Source: an uncultured Planctomycetia bacterium (GTDB taxonomy: Bacteria; Omnitrophota; Gorgyraeia; Pluralincolimonadales; Pluralincolimonadaceae). Taken from it: DNA of 64,000 nt. Of this stretch, positions 1-10,398 are shown in pieces. The stretch covers positions 16,126 to 80,125 of the forward strand of contig CAZYUB010000008.1 of the NCBI GenBank assembly GCA_964650515.1, in the 5' to 3' direction. The position numbers and the translations under genes are program-made. The notes below the pieces were generated by a model. The model was not told where the DNA came from, did no database searches, and was given only the letters and a program-made list of their open reading frames with translations. Positions within the stretch are counted from its first letter, which is position 1. Each line of letters starts with the position of its first letter.

Positions 1-794
1 ATCTGGAACCCGAAATCCCTCTTGCCGTCCCTTATCCCGGTAACCTTGTCGTTATGGAGTATTGCCATGTACTGGAACGCTTTTACGCCGGCAAGTTCCT
101 TCTCGAGGATCGCCGTTGCCTTGCGGACCGTCGCGATCTTGTCGGGCGTTGCTTCGCCGATTATCCTGGCTGCAAGCGCCGGGCCCGGGAAAGGCATGCG
201 GTTATATATGGACGCCGGAAGGCCGCAGGCCGCGGCGAGTTTCCTTACTCCGTCCTTGCGCAGTTGGACGAGCGGTTCAATTATCTTGTATCCGAAGGCC
301 TCCTGCGGGTCGATCCCAAGCTGTTCGAACACATTATGCTGCCTCTTTATGCCTGCGACCGTCTCGTCGATATCGGTCAGTATCGTGCCCTGCAGCAGGT
401 ATTTCGCGCCGCTCTGCCTGACGAGCAGGCCGAATACGTCCTTATAGAAGGTCTGCGTTATCGCCTCCCTCTTCTCTTCGGGGTCGGTAATGCCCTTAAG
501 GGCCGCAAGGAACTTTCCGCGCGCGTCGATTATCTCGACCTTCACGCCGAGTTTCCTGAATATTGCGGCGATCTCCTGCGGTTCGCCTTCCCTCATTATG
601 CCGTTATCTATAAAATATGTCTTTAGCCGGCGGCCGAGCGCCTTATGCCCGAGCATCGTGACGGCCGACGAGTCGACGCCGCCTGATAGCGCGTTGATCG
701 CGTACCCGTGCCCTACCGCGGCCGAGATCTCGGCGCTTTTTTCGCGGATAAATTTCGCCGTATTAAGGTCTTTCGCCCTTATTTCTTTCTCCAT
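1..794 (-). CDS. guaA: GMP synthase ATP-pyrophosphatase (PP-loop) subunit; stand-alone/split form; 3' end cut by window edge
   Basis: Manual minus-strand translation from ATG at 794: MEKEIRAKDL...ALSGGVDSSAV (PP-loop), FIDNGIMREGE, LQGTILTDIDE, MPFPGPALAARI. These match the GuaA C-terminal domain. No amidotransferase domain is fused upstream. Absent from the ORF track because no stop lies inside the window. Confidence 0.8.
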   Translation of the reverse strand, partial: MEKEIRAKDLNTAKFIREKSAEISAAVGHGYAINALSGGVDSSAVTMLGHKALGRRLKTYFIDNGIMREGEPQEIAAIFRKLGVKVEIIDARGKFLAALKGITDPEEKREAITQTFYKDVFGLLVRQSGAKYLLQGTILTDIDETVAGIKRQHNVFEQLGIDPQEAFGYKIIEPLVQLRKDGVRKLAAACGLPASIYNRMPFPGPALAARIIGEATPDKIATVRKATAILEKELAGVKAFQYMAILHNDKVTGIRDGKRDFGFQ

Positions 795-808
795 TACGCG
801 CCTCCGTT

Positions 809-3800
809 TTAGCCCGTCTTCTCTTTGTAATAATCCTGGATGGCTTTCGGGGAGATCCCCTTCTTTTTTATCTCTTCGATGGCCTCTACGCTCGCGAAAG
901 CCGCCGCCATTGTGGTTATATAGGGTATCTTGTGCTGTATGGCCATTATTCGTATATAGCTGTCGTCGTATTTGCTCGTCCTGCCCGCGGGAGTGTTCAC
1001 GATAAGGTTCAGCTCCGCGTTCTTTATCAGGTCGGTGATGTTGGGCCTGCCCTCGTGCAGCTTCTTCACCGCGGTATTTTTTACCTGGTTGCCGTCGAGG
1101 AATCGGCTCGTGTTCTCCGTCGCGTAAATATTGAACCCGAGGCCCCTGAGCTTTCTCGCTATCGGTAGCAGTTCCGGTTTGTCCTTGTCGGTCACGGTCA
1201 ACAGGACATTTCCATCGAGAGGGAGCTTCGAGCCCGCGGCTTCCTGCGCTTTATAAAAAGCGAGGCCGAAGGTCTCCGCGAGCCCCATCACCTCCCCGGT
1301 AGAACGCATCTCCGGCCCGAGTATCGGGTCGACCTCGGGGAACATGTTGAACGGGAATACGGCCTCCTTCACGCCGACGTAATTGACCTTGTTCTTCTTG
1401 AGCCCGGGATAATCCTTCAGCATCTTCCCGAGCATTATCTCGGTCGCGATCCGCGCTATCGGCACGCCCATGACCTTCGATACGACCGGCACCGTGCGCG
1501 ACGCGCGCGGGTTCGCTTCCAATATATACACCTTCCCGTCGCATATCGCGTATTGTATGTTCATTATGCCTACCACTTTGAGCTCGCGGGCTATCTGCGC
1601 CGAATACTTTTCGATATCGTCGAGGTGCGCCCCGCTGATGCTCCTCGACGGTATCATGCATGCCGAGTCGCCAGAATGTATGCCGGCGTACTCGATATGC
1701 TCCATCACGGCAGGGACGAAGACGTCCGTCCCGTCGGATATCGCGTCGACCTCGCATTCGAGCGCGTGCTCGAGGAAACGGTCTATAAGCATCGGGTATT
1801 CGGGGCTGACTTTTATCGCTTCGACGGCGTATTTACGCAGCATCGTCTCGTCGTATATTATCTCCATGCCCCTGCCGCCGAGCACGAAGGACGGCCGCAC
1901 CATCAGCGGGTATCCTATCCTGTTCGCTATGAGGACGGCTTCCTCAAGCGAGCGCGCGATCCCGCTCTCCGGCTGAGGTATACCGAGCTCTATCATCTTC
2001 TGTCTGAAGAGCTCCCTGTCCTCGGCGAACGCTATGCTCTTGGGGCTCGTGCCGAGTATCCTAACGCCGCTATCCTCGAGCTCATTGGCTATATTCAGCG
2101 GCGTCTGCCCGCCGAACTGCACTATGACGCCTTCCGGCTTCTCCTTCTCATATATCGAGAGGACATCCTCTACGGTCAGCGGTTCGAAATAAAGCTTGTT
2201 AGAGGTATCGTAATCGGTGGATACGGTCTCGGGGTTGCAGTTCACCATTATCGACTCGAAGCCCGCGTCGCGCAGAGCGAACGCGGCATGCACGCATGTA
2301 TAGTCGAACTCTATGCCCTGGCCTATCCTGTTAGGGCCGCCGCCGAGTATCATTATCTTATTCTTGCCCGATACGGGAACGGCGTCCTTGCCGGGGCTGT
2401 ATGTCGAATAATAGTACGCTGCGTTCTCCACACCGCTGACCGGTACCGCCTCATATCTTGCGGCCTTGCCGAGCGCGAGCCTGCGCGCCCTTACCTCGCC
2501 CTCCTTGGTCCCGAAAAGCTTCGCGAGGTACCTGTCGGCGAAACCGAGCTCCTTAGCTTTTATGAACTGCTTGTCGGTGAGGCCTTTCCACTGGCATTTC
2601 AGCAATTCTTCTTCGAAATCTACAAGCTCTTTTATCTCCTTTATGAACCACACGCCGATATGCGTTATCCTGTGGACCTCATCCGGTGTTACTCCCTTGC
2701 GAAGCGCTTCGTATATGAGGAAGACCCTCTCGCTGGAGGGCTGCGAAAGTTTTTGCCTGAGCGTATCCGCGGAGAGCGATCCAAAATCCTTCGCCCCGCC
2801 GAGCCCGTACCTGCCTATCTCGAGCGAGCGTATCGACTTCTGGAGCGACTCCTTGAAATCCCTGCCGATGCTCATTACCTCGCCGACCGCCTTCATCTGC
2901 GTGCCGAGTATATCCTTCGCCTTAGGGAACTTCTCGAAAGCCCAGCGCGCGAACTTCACGACGACGTAATCCCCCCAGGGCTCATACTGATCGAGCGTGC
3001 CTTTCCTCCAATAGGGTATCTCGTTCATCGTGATGCCGGAGGCGAGCTTTGTCGATATGCGCGCTATCGGGAAGCCCGTGGCTTTTGAGGCGAGCGCCGA
3101 AGAACGCGATGTGCGGGGATTTATCTCTATGACGACGAGGCGGTCATCGGCCGTGTTATGCGCGAACTGTATGTTCGTCCCTCCGACCACGCCGATCGCG
3201 TCTACTATCTTATATGAATAATCCTGCATGCGTCTCTGCAGTTCCGAGGGAACCGTAAGCATCGGGGCGACGCAGAAGCTGTCTCCGGTATGCACGCCCA
3301 TCGCGTCGACGTTCTCGATGAAGCATACGGTGATCTTCCTGCCGTCCTGGTCGCGTACGACCTCGAGCTCGAGCTCCTCCCACCCTATCACGGCCTCCTC
3401 GACAAGCACCTGGTGGACAATACTGGCCGCGAGCCCGCGCGATACTATGGCCCTGAGCTCCTCGACGTTATACGCTATGCCGCCTCCGGTCCCGCCCATC
3501 GTATACGCGGGGCGAAGCACGACAGGATATTTGAGCTTCTCGGCGGTCTTCTCGGCCTCTTCGACGGAACGGCAGATCTCGGAGAGCGGAAGAGAAAGGC
3601 CCAGTTGCTGCATCGTCTTCTTGAACACTTCGCGGTCCTCGCCGCGTTCGATCGCGTCGGCCTTTACACCTATGATCTCTACGTTATATTTCTTAAGTAT
3701 GCCCGCCTTATGCAGGCTCGAGGCGAGGTTCAGGCCCGTCTGGCCGCCGAGGTTAGGCAGCAGGCCGTCCGGCCTCTCTTTTTCTATGATCCTTTCGAGG

Positions 3801-4018
3801 CTCTCCACCGTAAGCGGTTCTATGTAGGTCTTGTCGGCCATATCCGGGTCTGTCATTATCGTGGCGGGATTGGAATTGACGAGGACGATCTTATACCCCT
3901 CTTCGCGGAGCGCCTTGCACGCCTGCGTACCGGAATAATCGAACTCGCAGGCCTGTCCTATGATTATGGGCCCCGAACCTATGATGAGGACCTTCCTGAT
4001 GTCCTTACGATGCGGCAT
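809..4018 (-). CDS. carB: carbamoyl-phosphate synthase large subunit
   Basis: 1069 aa with two ATP-grasp halves (IGSGPIIIGQACEFDYSGTQA... and KIMILGGGPNRIGQGIEFDY...) and a C-terminal MGS-like domain. Confidence 0.97.
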   Translation of the reverse strand: MPHRKDIRKVLIIGSGPIIIGQACEFDYSGTQACKALREEGYKIVLVNSNPATIMTDPDMADKTYIEPLTVESLERIIEKERPDGLLPNLGGQTGLNLASSLHKAGILKKYNVEIIGVKADAIERGEDREVFKKTMQQLGLSLPLSEICRSVEEAEKTAEKLKYPVVLRPAYTMGGTGGGIAYNVEELRAIVSRGLAASIVHQVLVEEAVIGWEELELEVVRDQDGRKITVCFIENVDAMGVHTGDSFCVAPMLTVPSELQRRMQDYSYKIVDAIGVVGGTNIQFAHNTADDRLVVIEINPRTSRSSALASKATGFPIARISTKLASGITMNEIPYWRKGTLDQYEPWGDYVVVKFARWAFEKFPKAKDILGTQMKAVGEVMSIGRDFKESLQKSIRSLEIGRYGLGGAKDFGSLSADTLRQKLSQPSSERVFLIYEALRKGVTPDEVHRITHIGVWFIKEIKELVDFEEELLKCQWKGLTDKQFIKAKELGFADRYLAKLFGTKEGEVRARRLALGKAARYEAVPVSGVENAAYYYSTYSPGKDAVPVSGKNKIMILGGGPNRIGQGIEFDYTCVHAAFALRDAGFESIMVNCNPETVSTDYDTSNKLYFEPLTVEDVLSIYEKEKPEGVIVQFGGQTPLNIANELEDSGVRILGTSPKSIAFAEDRELFRQKMIELGIPQPESGIARSLEEAVLIANRIGYPLMVRPSFVLGGRGMEIIYDETMLRKYAVEAIKVSPEYPMLIDRFLEHALECEVDAISDGTDVFVPAVMEHIEYAGIHSGDSACMIPSRSISGAHLDDIEKYSAQIARELKVVGIMNIQYAICDGKVYILEANPRASRTVPVVSKVMGVPIARIATEIMLGKMLKDYPGLKKNKVNYVGVKEAVFPFNMFPEVDPILGPEMRSTGEVMGLAETFGLAFYKAQEAAGSKLPLDGNVLLTVTDKDKPELLPIARKLRGLGFNIYATENTSRFLDGNQVKNTAVKKLHEGRPNITDLIKNAELNLIVNTPAGRTSKYDDSYIRIMAIQHKIPYITTMAAAFASVEAIEEIKKKGISPKAIQDYYKEKTG

Positions 4019-4062
4019 AAATGCTGGCTCTTAGGGTAATATAAATCGAGGTTAAAATCGAA

Positions 4063-6276
4063 TTATTGTGATGATTTTACCACCTGCGCCCACGTATCGT
4101 CAAGCGAATACCTGCGCAGTTCTATGTTTTTCATGAAACCGAACACTTCGTCGAAGACACGTAGCGGTTTTATGACCGTCTGCTGTTTAAGCTCCGGCCA
4201 CTTTCCCGATATCTTTATCATGATACCGTCCTTGACGAAATCGAAACCGAGCGTGGCGGGTATCAGTATCTGCCTAGCCGTCTTTATCGGGCTCAGTCGC
4301 GAGACATTGGCTCCCGCGGTCATATCGACGTTCCCGGAAAAATCGCAATTTCCGGACATATCTATCTTTATCAGCGGCGACTGGCAGGCGGACCTTACCG
4401 CTATATTCCCGTCCGCCACGTCGAAGCCCGCCCTTATCTCCTTGAAATCCGGCAGCACGAAATCCTTTATTACGGAGTTCATTCCTCTCTCAACGGCGAT
4501 GAATATAGGGACCCCTTTGATGCTGCAATCGGCTATCTTCACATAACCGCCGCCTATCGCGGCTTTCGGCTGCCCGAGGACGCCCGAGCACGCGATGTTA
4601 GCGTCAAGAAGGCCCTTCATTCCCGAAAGCCGGGCGTCTTCCAGGGATAGGGATGACAGGTCGCATTTTTCAAGGTCGAATGAAAAACCCCACTTCCGGG
4701 GCGAGAGCCCCGCATCGAATCTTACTCTTGCCGCGGCCGTGCCTTCGTAAAGCGGGAATTTCGGCGCTTCACAGTCCACGAGCCCGTCCTTGACCGCCGC
4801 TTTTATAGAGAACGACTTAGGCGTCATGTCGAACAGGGTGAAATCGTCCACTTTCACGCCGGTCCTGCCGTTGAACGAAGCGGTCCGGTCAAGTTCCCCG
4901 GAAAGCGTTCCCGATACCGATGCCTTGCCTGACATCTCGCGCTTTACCAGCCCGGCCACCCTGCCGATATCCGAAAGGTCTATGTCACCGGCCATATCGA
5001 TATCGAAAACGAGCCCCTTCAGGTCGTTCGACGAGGCCTTCACCGCAAGCTTCGAGTAGGACGTGAATACCTGCAGGACCGATGAGGCCTTATCCGGGCC
5101 CGATATCTCCATATCGAGAGTGTTGCGTATGCCGCACACCTGGCCGTCGACGGAAAGCCGTTTCGGCTCCCCGAATATGAACATGCCCTTGTATGATACC
5201 GGCTTTTTGAACGCCTGGCCCTCGATATCCGATATATCCACGCCGTCTTTGTCTATGTAAGCCCGGCATTCCGCGCCGGAGACCATCACGTTCTCCCCCG
5301 CGCTTATCTCCATTCCCTTCAACACGAGCTCCGCGTAAGATACTCTCTTGCCCTTCAGGCGCTCGAACGTGTGCTTCATGACACAATCGGCGGATATGTG
5401 AAGGTCCCCATAAGTGATCTCGCCGTCCCTGAGGCCGTAAACACCCTCCATCCTGAACATCCCCGGAGAGAATGCTATATCCGCCTTGAGTTCGGCATCC
5501 CCGACCTTCAGTTCCCACGGTTTTATGAGGTCGTCTATATAGTAGCTCCAGTACTCGTTTATGTTGGGGGTATTTATCCTTATACTGCCCTTCCCGCGGG
5601 GCTCGGCGTCCGGGGAATATTCTAGCGACAGCTTCAGCGAGCCCTTCTTCGGGCCGGTCGATTTCGTCGAGAGAGCGATCCTGCTGCCGTTACCAGAGCC
5701 CGTGACGGAGACGTAAGCGATATCGTATGTCTTTTCTATAGAATTCCCGGGGACAAGGCGGTCGGAATACCTTGCTTTCCCGCCCAGGAGGCGTAGTTCC
5801 TTTACCGTTACCTGGAAGCCGCCGAAATGTTTAGACGCGTCATCCCCAATGCCCATGCTCGCAAGCGGGCCGACGTTCCATAAGCCGTCGCTGCCGCGGT
5901 ACACGTTAAGTTCCGCGTCCGTGATATCGAACCTCCTTATCGTCACGCGCTTGAAGAGCAGGTCAAGCCATGCGAGGTCTATATCGACCGCTTTCGACGA
6001 CACGATATAGTCGGACGGGGAGCCGTTCTTCGTATAAAGCCGGACATCCTTTAACAGGAAACCTGTTGCTGGCACGAAATCGATATCGCCCACGGAGACC
6101 ATCAACGGGCCGGTATTGCCCGATTCGAGGTACGCACGGACCTTAGGTATGAGGACGCGCGGGATGAATACCTTGCCGATGTACTGGCACAACAAGGCAT
6201 AGATGACCACAACCGCGGCGAGTAAATACGCGGGCCGGCGGAACCTGCCGAATATACTTTTACTGCGTCTCTCCAT
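4063..6276 (-). CDS. AsmA-family outer-membrane assembly protein (N-terminal membrane anchor, large periplasmic domain)
   Basis: 737 aa; N-terminal hydrophobic anchor (YLLAAVVVIYALL); AsmA/TamB-like composition; ends at carB. Confidence 0.6.
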   Translation of the reverse strand: MERRSKSIFGRFRRPAYLLAAVVVIYALLCQYIGKVFIPRVLIPKVRAYLESGNTGPLMVSVGDIDFVPATGFLLKDVRLYTKNGSPSDYIVSSKAVDIDLAWLDLLFKRVTIRRFDITDAELNVYRGSDGLWNVGPLASMGIGDDASKHFGGFQVTVKELRLLGGKARYSDRLVPGNSIEKTYDIAYVSVTGSGNGSRIALSTKSTGPKKGSLKLSLEYSPDAEPRGKGSIRINTPNINEYWSYYIDDLIKPWELKVGDAELKADIAFSPGMFRMEGVYGLRDGEITYGDLHISADCVMKHTFERLKGKRVSYAELVLKGMEISAGENVMVSGAECRAYIDKDGVDISDIEGQAFKKPVSYKGMFIFGEPKRLSVDGQVCGIRNTLDMEISGPDKASSVLQVFTSYSKLAVKASSNDLKGLVFDIDMAGDIDLSDIGRVAGLVKREMSGKASVSGTLSGELDRTASFNGRTGVKVDDFTLFDMTPKSFSIKAAVKDGLVDCEAPKFPLYEGTAAARVRFDAGLSPRKWGFSFDLEKCDLSSLSLEDARLSGMKGLLDANIACSGVLGQPKAAIGGGYVKIADCSIKGVPIFIAVERGMNSVIKDFVLPDFKEIRAGFDVADGNIAVRSACQSPLIKIDMSGNCDFSGNVDMTAGANVSRLSPIKTARQILIPATLGFDFVKDGIMIKISGKWPELKQQTVIKPLRVFDEVFGFMKNIELRRYSLDDTWAQVVKSSQ

Positions 6277-7213
6277 GCCCCATCAAGCTTTCGTAGAATT
6301 CCCTGTAATCTTCCTTCCTGTCGCTGCCCCTGAGCGCCATCGCCGAACGCGGGTGTTCGTCGAGTATCCCTGTTATCGCGTAAGGGATCAGGTAGCCCCA
6401 TTCTATCTTCTCCCTCAGCGGTATGAACTCCTTCGATATGAGGTCGAGGATGGGGCGTATATCGAACTTCGGGTTCTTCAGGAACCCGAGAATCAGTTCG
6501 AGCGGGCAGTTACCCGCCGCCCTGCCGAGGCCGTAGACGGTGCCATCGACATAATTCGCGTCGTGTATTATCGCCTCTATCGTATTTCCGAAGGCAAGCT
6601 GCTGGTTGTTATGGGCATGCATGCCTATCTCCTTGCTCTTTATTATATGCTTCGCCTTCTTGACGAGCAGTTCGGTCGTCTCCTGGTAGAGAGCTCCGTT
6701 GCTGTCTACGAGATATATGACACCGGCCTTGCACTCCTGCTCGAGCTGGTGGAACGCTTCGGTCAGTTCATTGTCCATCGCCCGCGATATGGCCATTATG
6801 TTTATGGTCGTCTCGTAGCCCTTTTCGGAGCAATGGTTGGCGAGGTATATCGCCTTGTCTATGTCTTTTACATACGTTGCCACGCGCATCATCGCTACCG
6901 GGCTCTCTTTCCGCGGCTTGATATCATCAAGGTCCACTCGGTCGACGTCGACCATTACGGAGATCTTCGTCTGCGATTCGATGCCGTCGATAACCTTCCT
7001 TATCAGGTCGTCTTCGCAAAATTTCCACTGGCCGTATTCCTTGTCGGAGAAGAGCTTCTTCGAGTTCTTATACCCTATCTCCATGTAGTCGATCTTCGCT
7101 TCAGAGAGCGCCTTATATACCGCGCGGACGAATTTGAAGTCGAAGTCGTGCTTGTTTATGAGACCGCCGTCGCGTATCGTGCAATCCAGTACTTTTATCT
7201 TTTCCCTGAACAC
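6260..7213 (-). CDS. DRE-TIM metallolyase (HMGL-like / pyruvate carboxyltransferase-domain aldolase)
   Basis: N-terminal VLDCTIRDGG motif typical of the HMG-CoA lyase / 4-hydroxy-2-oxovalerate aldolase / IPMS superfamily; 317 aa. Confidence 0.7.
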   Translation of the reverse strand: MFREKIKVLDCTIRDGGLINKHDFDFKFVRAVYKALSEAKIDYMEIGYKNSKKLFSDKEYGQWKFCEDDLIRKVIDGIESQTKISVMVDVDRVDLDDIKPRKESPVAMMRVATYVKDIDKAIYLANHCSEKGYETTINIMAISRAMDNELTEAFHQLEQECKAGVIYLVDSNGALYQETTELLVKKAKHIIKSKEIGMHAHNNQQLAFGNTIEAIIHDANYVDGTVYGLGRAAGNCPLELILGFLKNPKFDIRPILDLISKEFIPLREKIEWGYLIPYAITGILDEHPRSAMALRGSDRKEDYREFYESLMGHGETQ

Positions 7214-7226
7214 TTTTTCATTCTCC

Positions 7227-7682
7227 TTATTTTCCTATGTCTTCATCCCATAGCCGGGGTTTCCCGCGGATGAACCGCCTCATCATCTCCCTGCATTCCC
7301 TGTCGTCAAGGTTGATGAGCTTAACTCCCCTTTTCCTGGAATAGGCCTCCGGCCCCTTGAACGTCCTGTTCTCTCCTATGACCACGACAGGTATCTGATA
7401 TAACAGTATCGCGCCCGTGCACATATCGCACGGCGATAGCGTCGAGTATATGACGCATTTCATGTAATCGCCCGCCTTGAGGCGCCCCGCGTCCTCGAGG
7501 CAGTCCATCTCGGCATGCAGTATCGCGGACTTCTTCTGCGCGCGCCTGTTATGGCCCCGCCCTATTATCCTGCCGCCTTTCACGAGGACCGAGCCGATGG
7601 GGATGCCGCCTTCCTTTTCCCCCTTCCGGGCCTCTTTTATCGCTTCCTTCATGAATTTGAGATGCTGCGACCCGGCGGCCAT
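7227..7682 (-). CDS. cytosine (nucleoside) deaminase, FCY1-like CDA-fold zinc enzyme
   Basis: HAEMDCLE and [13 protein letters not shown] zinc-binding motifs; [10 protein letters not shown]...GRGHN near-collinear with yeast FCY1. Start moved to the internal ATG at 7682, which overlaps the upstream stop (TGATG). Confidence 0.75.
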   Translation of the reverse strand: MAAGSQHLKFMKEAIKEARKGEKEGGIPIGSVLVKGGRIIGRGHNRRAQKKSAILHAEMDCLEDAGRLKAGDYMKCVIYSTLSPCDMCTGAILLYQIPVVVIGENRTFKGPEAYSRKRGVKLINLDDRECREMMRRFIRGKPRLWDEDIGK

Positions 7683-8833
7683 TACTGCGATTTCCTTCTC
7701 GTCGCTATATCTACCCACACCGCCAGCAGCAGTATCATGCCTTTAATAATATACTGGAAAGTTATATTCGTGTCCATAAGGCTCATGCCGTTATCGAGGC
7801 TTGCCATGATGAGCGCGCCGATCAGGGCCCCGAACACCGTGCCTTCGCCGCCCATTAAACTTGTTCCGCCTATTACCGCGGCCGCGATGACATCAAGCTC
7901 CATGCCCTGCCCCGCGGAAGTAGTCGCCGCGTTAAGCCGAGCGGTAAGCACGATACCCGCTATCGCGGTCAGCACGCCGAATATCGCGTAGAGCATCAAC
8001 ACCCTTTTCTTTATATTTATGCCTGATAAGGCGGCGGCATCCGGGTTCCCGCCGATCGCATATAGTTGCCTTCCAAAAACCGTATTCTGAGCGATAAAAC
8101 TGAACCCGAGGGCCAGAGCCATGACAAGCAATACCGCGTAAGGTACTCCCCTGTTATGCACCATGACCCAGAAGAATGCGCCTATAGCAGCGGATATCAC
8201 GGCTACCTTCGCGAGTTCGGCCGGCAACGGCGAGACCGTAAACCCGTATTTCTTCCGTTGTCTTCTCTTGTTAAGATCGAAGAGAACATATGCTGCGATC
8301 GTCGCTATGCCGACTATTAAACTGGCATCCGGCGACAGATAACTCTCACCGATGGCCTCGAAACGGTGAGAAAGCGGCGCGATCGTGGCGCCTTTAGTTA
8401 TCCCGAGAACAGCCCCCCTAAATATCATCATGCTCGCGAGGGTCACGATGAACGAGGGCACATACCTGTATGCTATCCAGAACCCGTGCCAAAGGCCTAT
8501 CAACAGCCCCGCGCCGCACGCGGTCAGTATCGCGGCTTCGGCGGGCCAGTTCATGTTGACCTGCAGGAACGCGCCTATAGCGCCGGCCAGCGCGGCCACG
8601 GAACCTACGGAAAGGTCGATATTTCGCGTGACAATGACAAGTGTCATGCCTATGGCTATTATCGCGACGGTGGCGGTCTGCAGGAAAAGGTTTGAGAGGT
8701 TGCGAGGGGTCAGGAATATCCCTTGTGTCAGGGACGTGAATATCAGCCATATCGCGACGAGCGCGATCAACATGGTAAACTTGCGTATCTTGTCCTGGGC
8801 TATCGCCTTCCTGAGTCCGGGTCTCTTTTCCAT
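7682..8833 (-). CDS. xylH: sugar ABC transporter permease (XylH/RbsC family)
   Basis: 383 aa polytopic membrane protein of the monosaccharide ABC permease type; third gene of the F-G-H set. Confidence 0.8.
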   Translation of the reverse strand: MEKRPGLRKAIAQDKIRKFTMLIALVAIWLIFTSLTQGIFLTPRNLSNLFLQTATVAIIAIGMTLVIVTRNIDLSVGSVAALAGAIGAFLQVNMNWPAEAAILTACGAGLLIGLWHGFWIAYRYVPSFIVTLASMMIFRGAVLGITKGATIAPLSHRFEAIGESYLSPDASLIVGIATIAAYVLFDLNKRRQRKKYGFTVSPLPAELAKVAVISAAIGAFFWVMVHNRGVPYAVLLVMALALGFSFIAQNTVFGRQLYAIGGNPDAAALSGINIKKRVLMLYAIFGVLTAIAGIVLTARLNAATTSAGQGMELDVIAAAVIGGTSLMGGEGTVFGALIGALIMASLDNGMSLMDTNITFQYIIKGMILLLAVWVDIATRRKSQ

Positions 8834-8851
8834 GTCCTTATCCTTATGTCG

Positions 8852-10378
8852 TCATTGGACGCACTCCTGCCGCGTCCCTGTGGCGAATAACATGATCTTT
8901 TCCTGCGTCGCGGCCTTATTCAGCATCTCGCCGGTTATCTGGCCTTCATGCATCACGATTATCCTGTCGCTGATGCCGAGCACTTCATTCAGCTCCGACG
9001 ATATGACGAGCACGGCCACGCCCTTATCGACAAGGTCGTTAATGATATTATAGATCTCGACCTTAGCGCCTACGTCTATACCTCTCGTCGGTTCGTCGAG
9101 TATCAGGACCTTCGGCTCTGTCATGAGCCATTTCCCGAGAACGACCTTCTGCTGGTTGCCGCCGCTGAGGTTGCCCGCCTTCTGCTCTATCGACGGGGTC
9201 TTTATCCTCAGGTCTGCGGCATATTTCTCCGCCGACTTGATCTCTTCGTTCTCGTTGACTACCTGCGCGGTCGATATCTTGTCGAGGCTCGCAAGCGAGA
9301 TATTCCTCTTTATGTCCTCGTCTAGTATGAGACCGTAGCGCTTGCGGTCTTCGGAAGCCATACTGATCCCGACCGCGACCGCGTCGCCGGCGTCGCGCAG
9401 GGATATCTCCCTGCCTTCGAGGAATACTTTCCCGGACATCGCCTGCCCCCACATACGGAAAAGGCTCATCACGAGCTCCGTCCTGCCGGCGCCGACAAGC
9501 CCCGCTATGCAGAGTATCTCGCCCCTGCGCACCGAAAGGTTTATGTTGCGCACCGCCCTGTTCATGCCGGAGTTGATCGCGGTCCAGTCCTTTATCTCGA
9601 GGACGGTCTCTCCAGGCACGCGTTCCTTGCGCGGGTAGACGTTCGAAAGCTCGCGGCCGACCATGAGCGATATAAGCTTGTTCTCGTCAAGGCCGTTCCT
9701 AGGGTAGGTGCCGACGGTCGCGCCGTCGCGCAATACCGTGATGCTGTCGGATATTTCCAATACCTCCTTCAGCCGGTGGGAGATATATATGCAGGTGACG
9801 CCGCCTGCCTTCAGCGCCTTAAGGATATTCAGCAACCGGTCGGCTTCACCCGCCGATAACGAGGCGGTCGGCTCATCAAGGATAAGTATGCGCGCCTGCT
9901 TTGATACCGCCTTCGCTATCGCGACGAGCTGCTGCTCGCCGGTACCGAGCTTGGACACTTCCGTAGAAGGGCTTACATCGAGGCCCACCTGCTTCAGGAC
10001 TTTCTCTGTCTTCAGGAAACATTCGTCCCAGTTTATTATGCCGTTCTTCGCGGTCTCGTCGCCGAGAGTCACGTTCTCCGCGATACTGAGCTGCTGGATA
10101 AGCGCTAGCTCCTGGTGTATTATCGCTACGCCGGCGCGCTCGCTGTCTTTTATGTCAGAAAAACGCATGGCCTTGCCGTCTATCGATATCTCTCCCTCAT
10201 AGGACCCTGCGGGATATACGCCGCTTAATATCTTCATCAGCGTCGACTTGCCCGCACCGTTCTCGCCGACAAGCGAATGTATCTCTCCCTTCGCGACGCC
10301 TAACGTAACCCCATTGAGAGCCCTTACTCCGGGGAACTCCTTCGTTATGCCGCTCATATCAAGTATGTTTACTGCCAT
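8852..10378 (-). CDS. xylG: sugar ABC transporter ATP-binding protein with duplicated ABC domains (XylG/RbsA type)
   Basis: Walker A GENGAGKST, LSGGQQQ signature and a second ABC half; 508 aa. Confidence 0.85.
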   Translation of the reverse strand: MAVNILDMSGITKEFPGVRALNGVTLGVAKGEIHSLVGENGAGKSTLMKILSGVYPAGSYEGEISIDGKAMRFSDIKDSERAGVAIIHQELALIQQLSIAENVTLGDETAKNGIINWDECFLKTEKVLKQVGLDVSPSTEVSKLGTGEQQLVAIAKAVSKQARILILDEPTASLSAGEADRLLNILKALKAGGVTCIYISHRLKEVLEISDSITVLRDGATVGTYPRNGLDENKLISLMVGRELSNVYPRKERVPGETVLEIKDWTAINSGMNRAVRNINLSVRRGEILCIAGLVGAGRTELVMSLFRMWGQAMSGKVFLEGREISLRDAGDAVAVGISMASEDRKRYGLILDEDIKRNISLASLDKISTAQVVNENEEIKSAEKYAADLRIKTPSIEQKAGNLSGGNQQKVVLGKWLMTEPKVLILDEPTRGIDVGAKVEIYNIINDLVDKGVAVLVISSELNEVLGISDRIIVMHEGQITGEMLNKAATQEKIMLFATGTRQECVQ

Positions 10379-10398
10379 ATCTTTTCCGCGGCCCCGCC

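Noticed and set aside
1553-3088. 511-aa plus-strand ORF
   Set aside because: Lies entirely antisense to carB, which has unambiguous homology. Long open antisense frames are expected at ~60% GC. It has no motifs and an Arg/Leu/Tyr-rich composition.
6203-7273. 356-aa plus-strand ORF
   Set aside because: Antisense to the DRE-TIM aldolase, which carries the DCTIRDGG motif.
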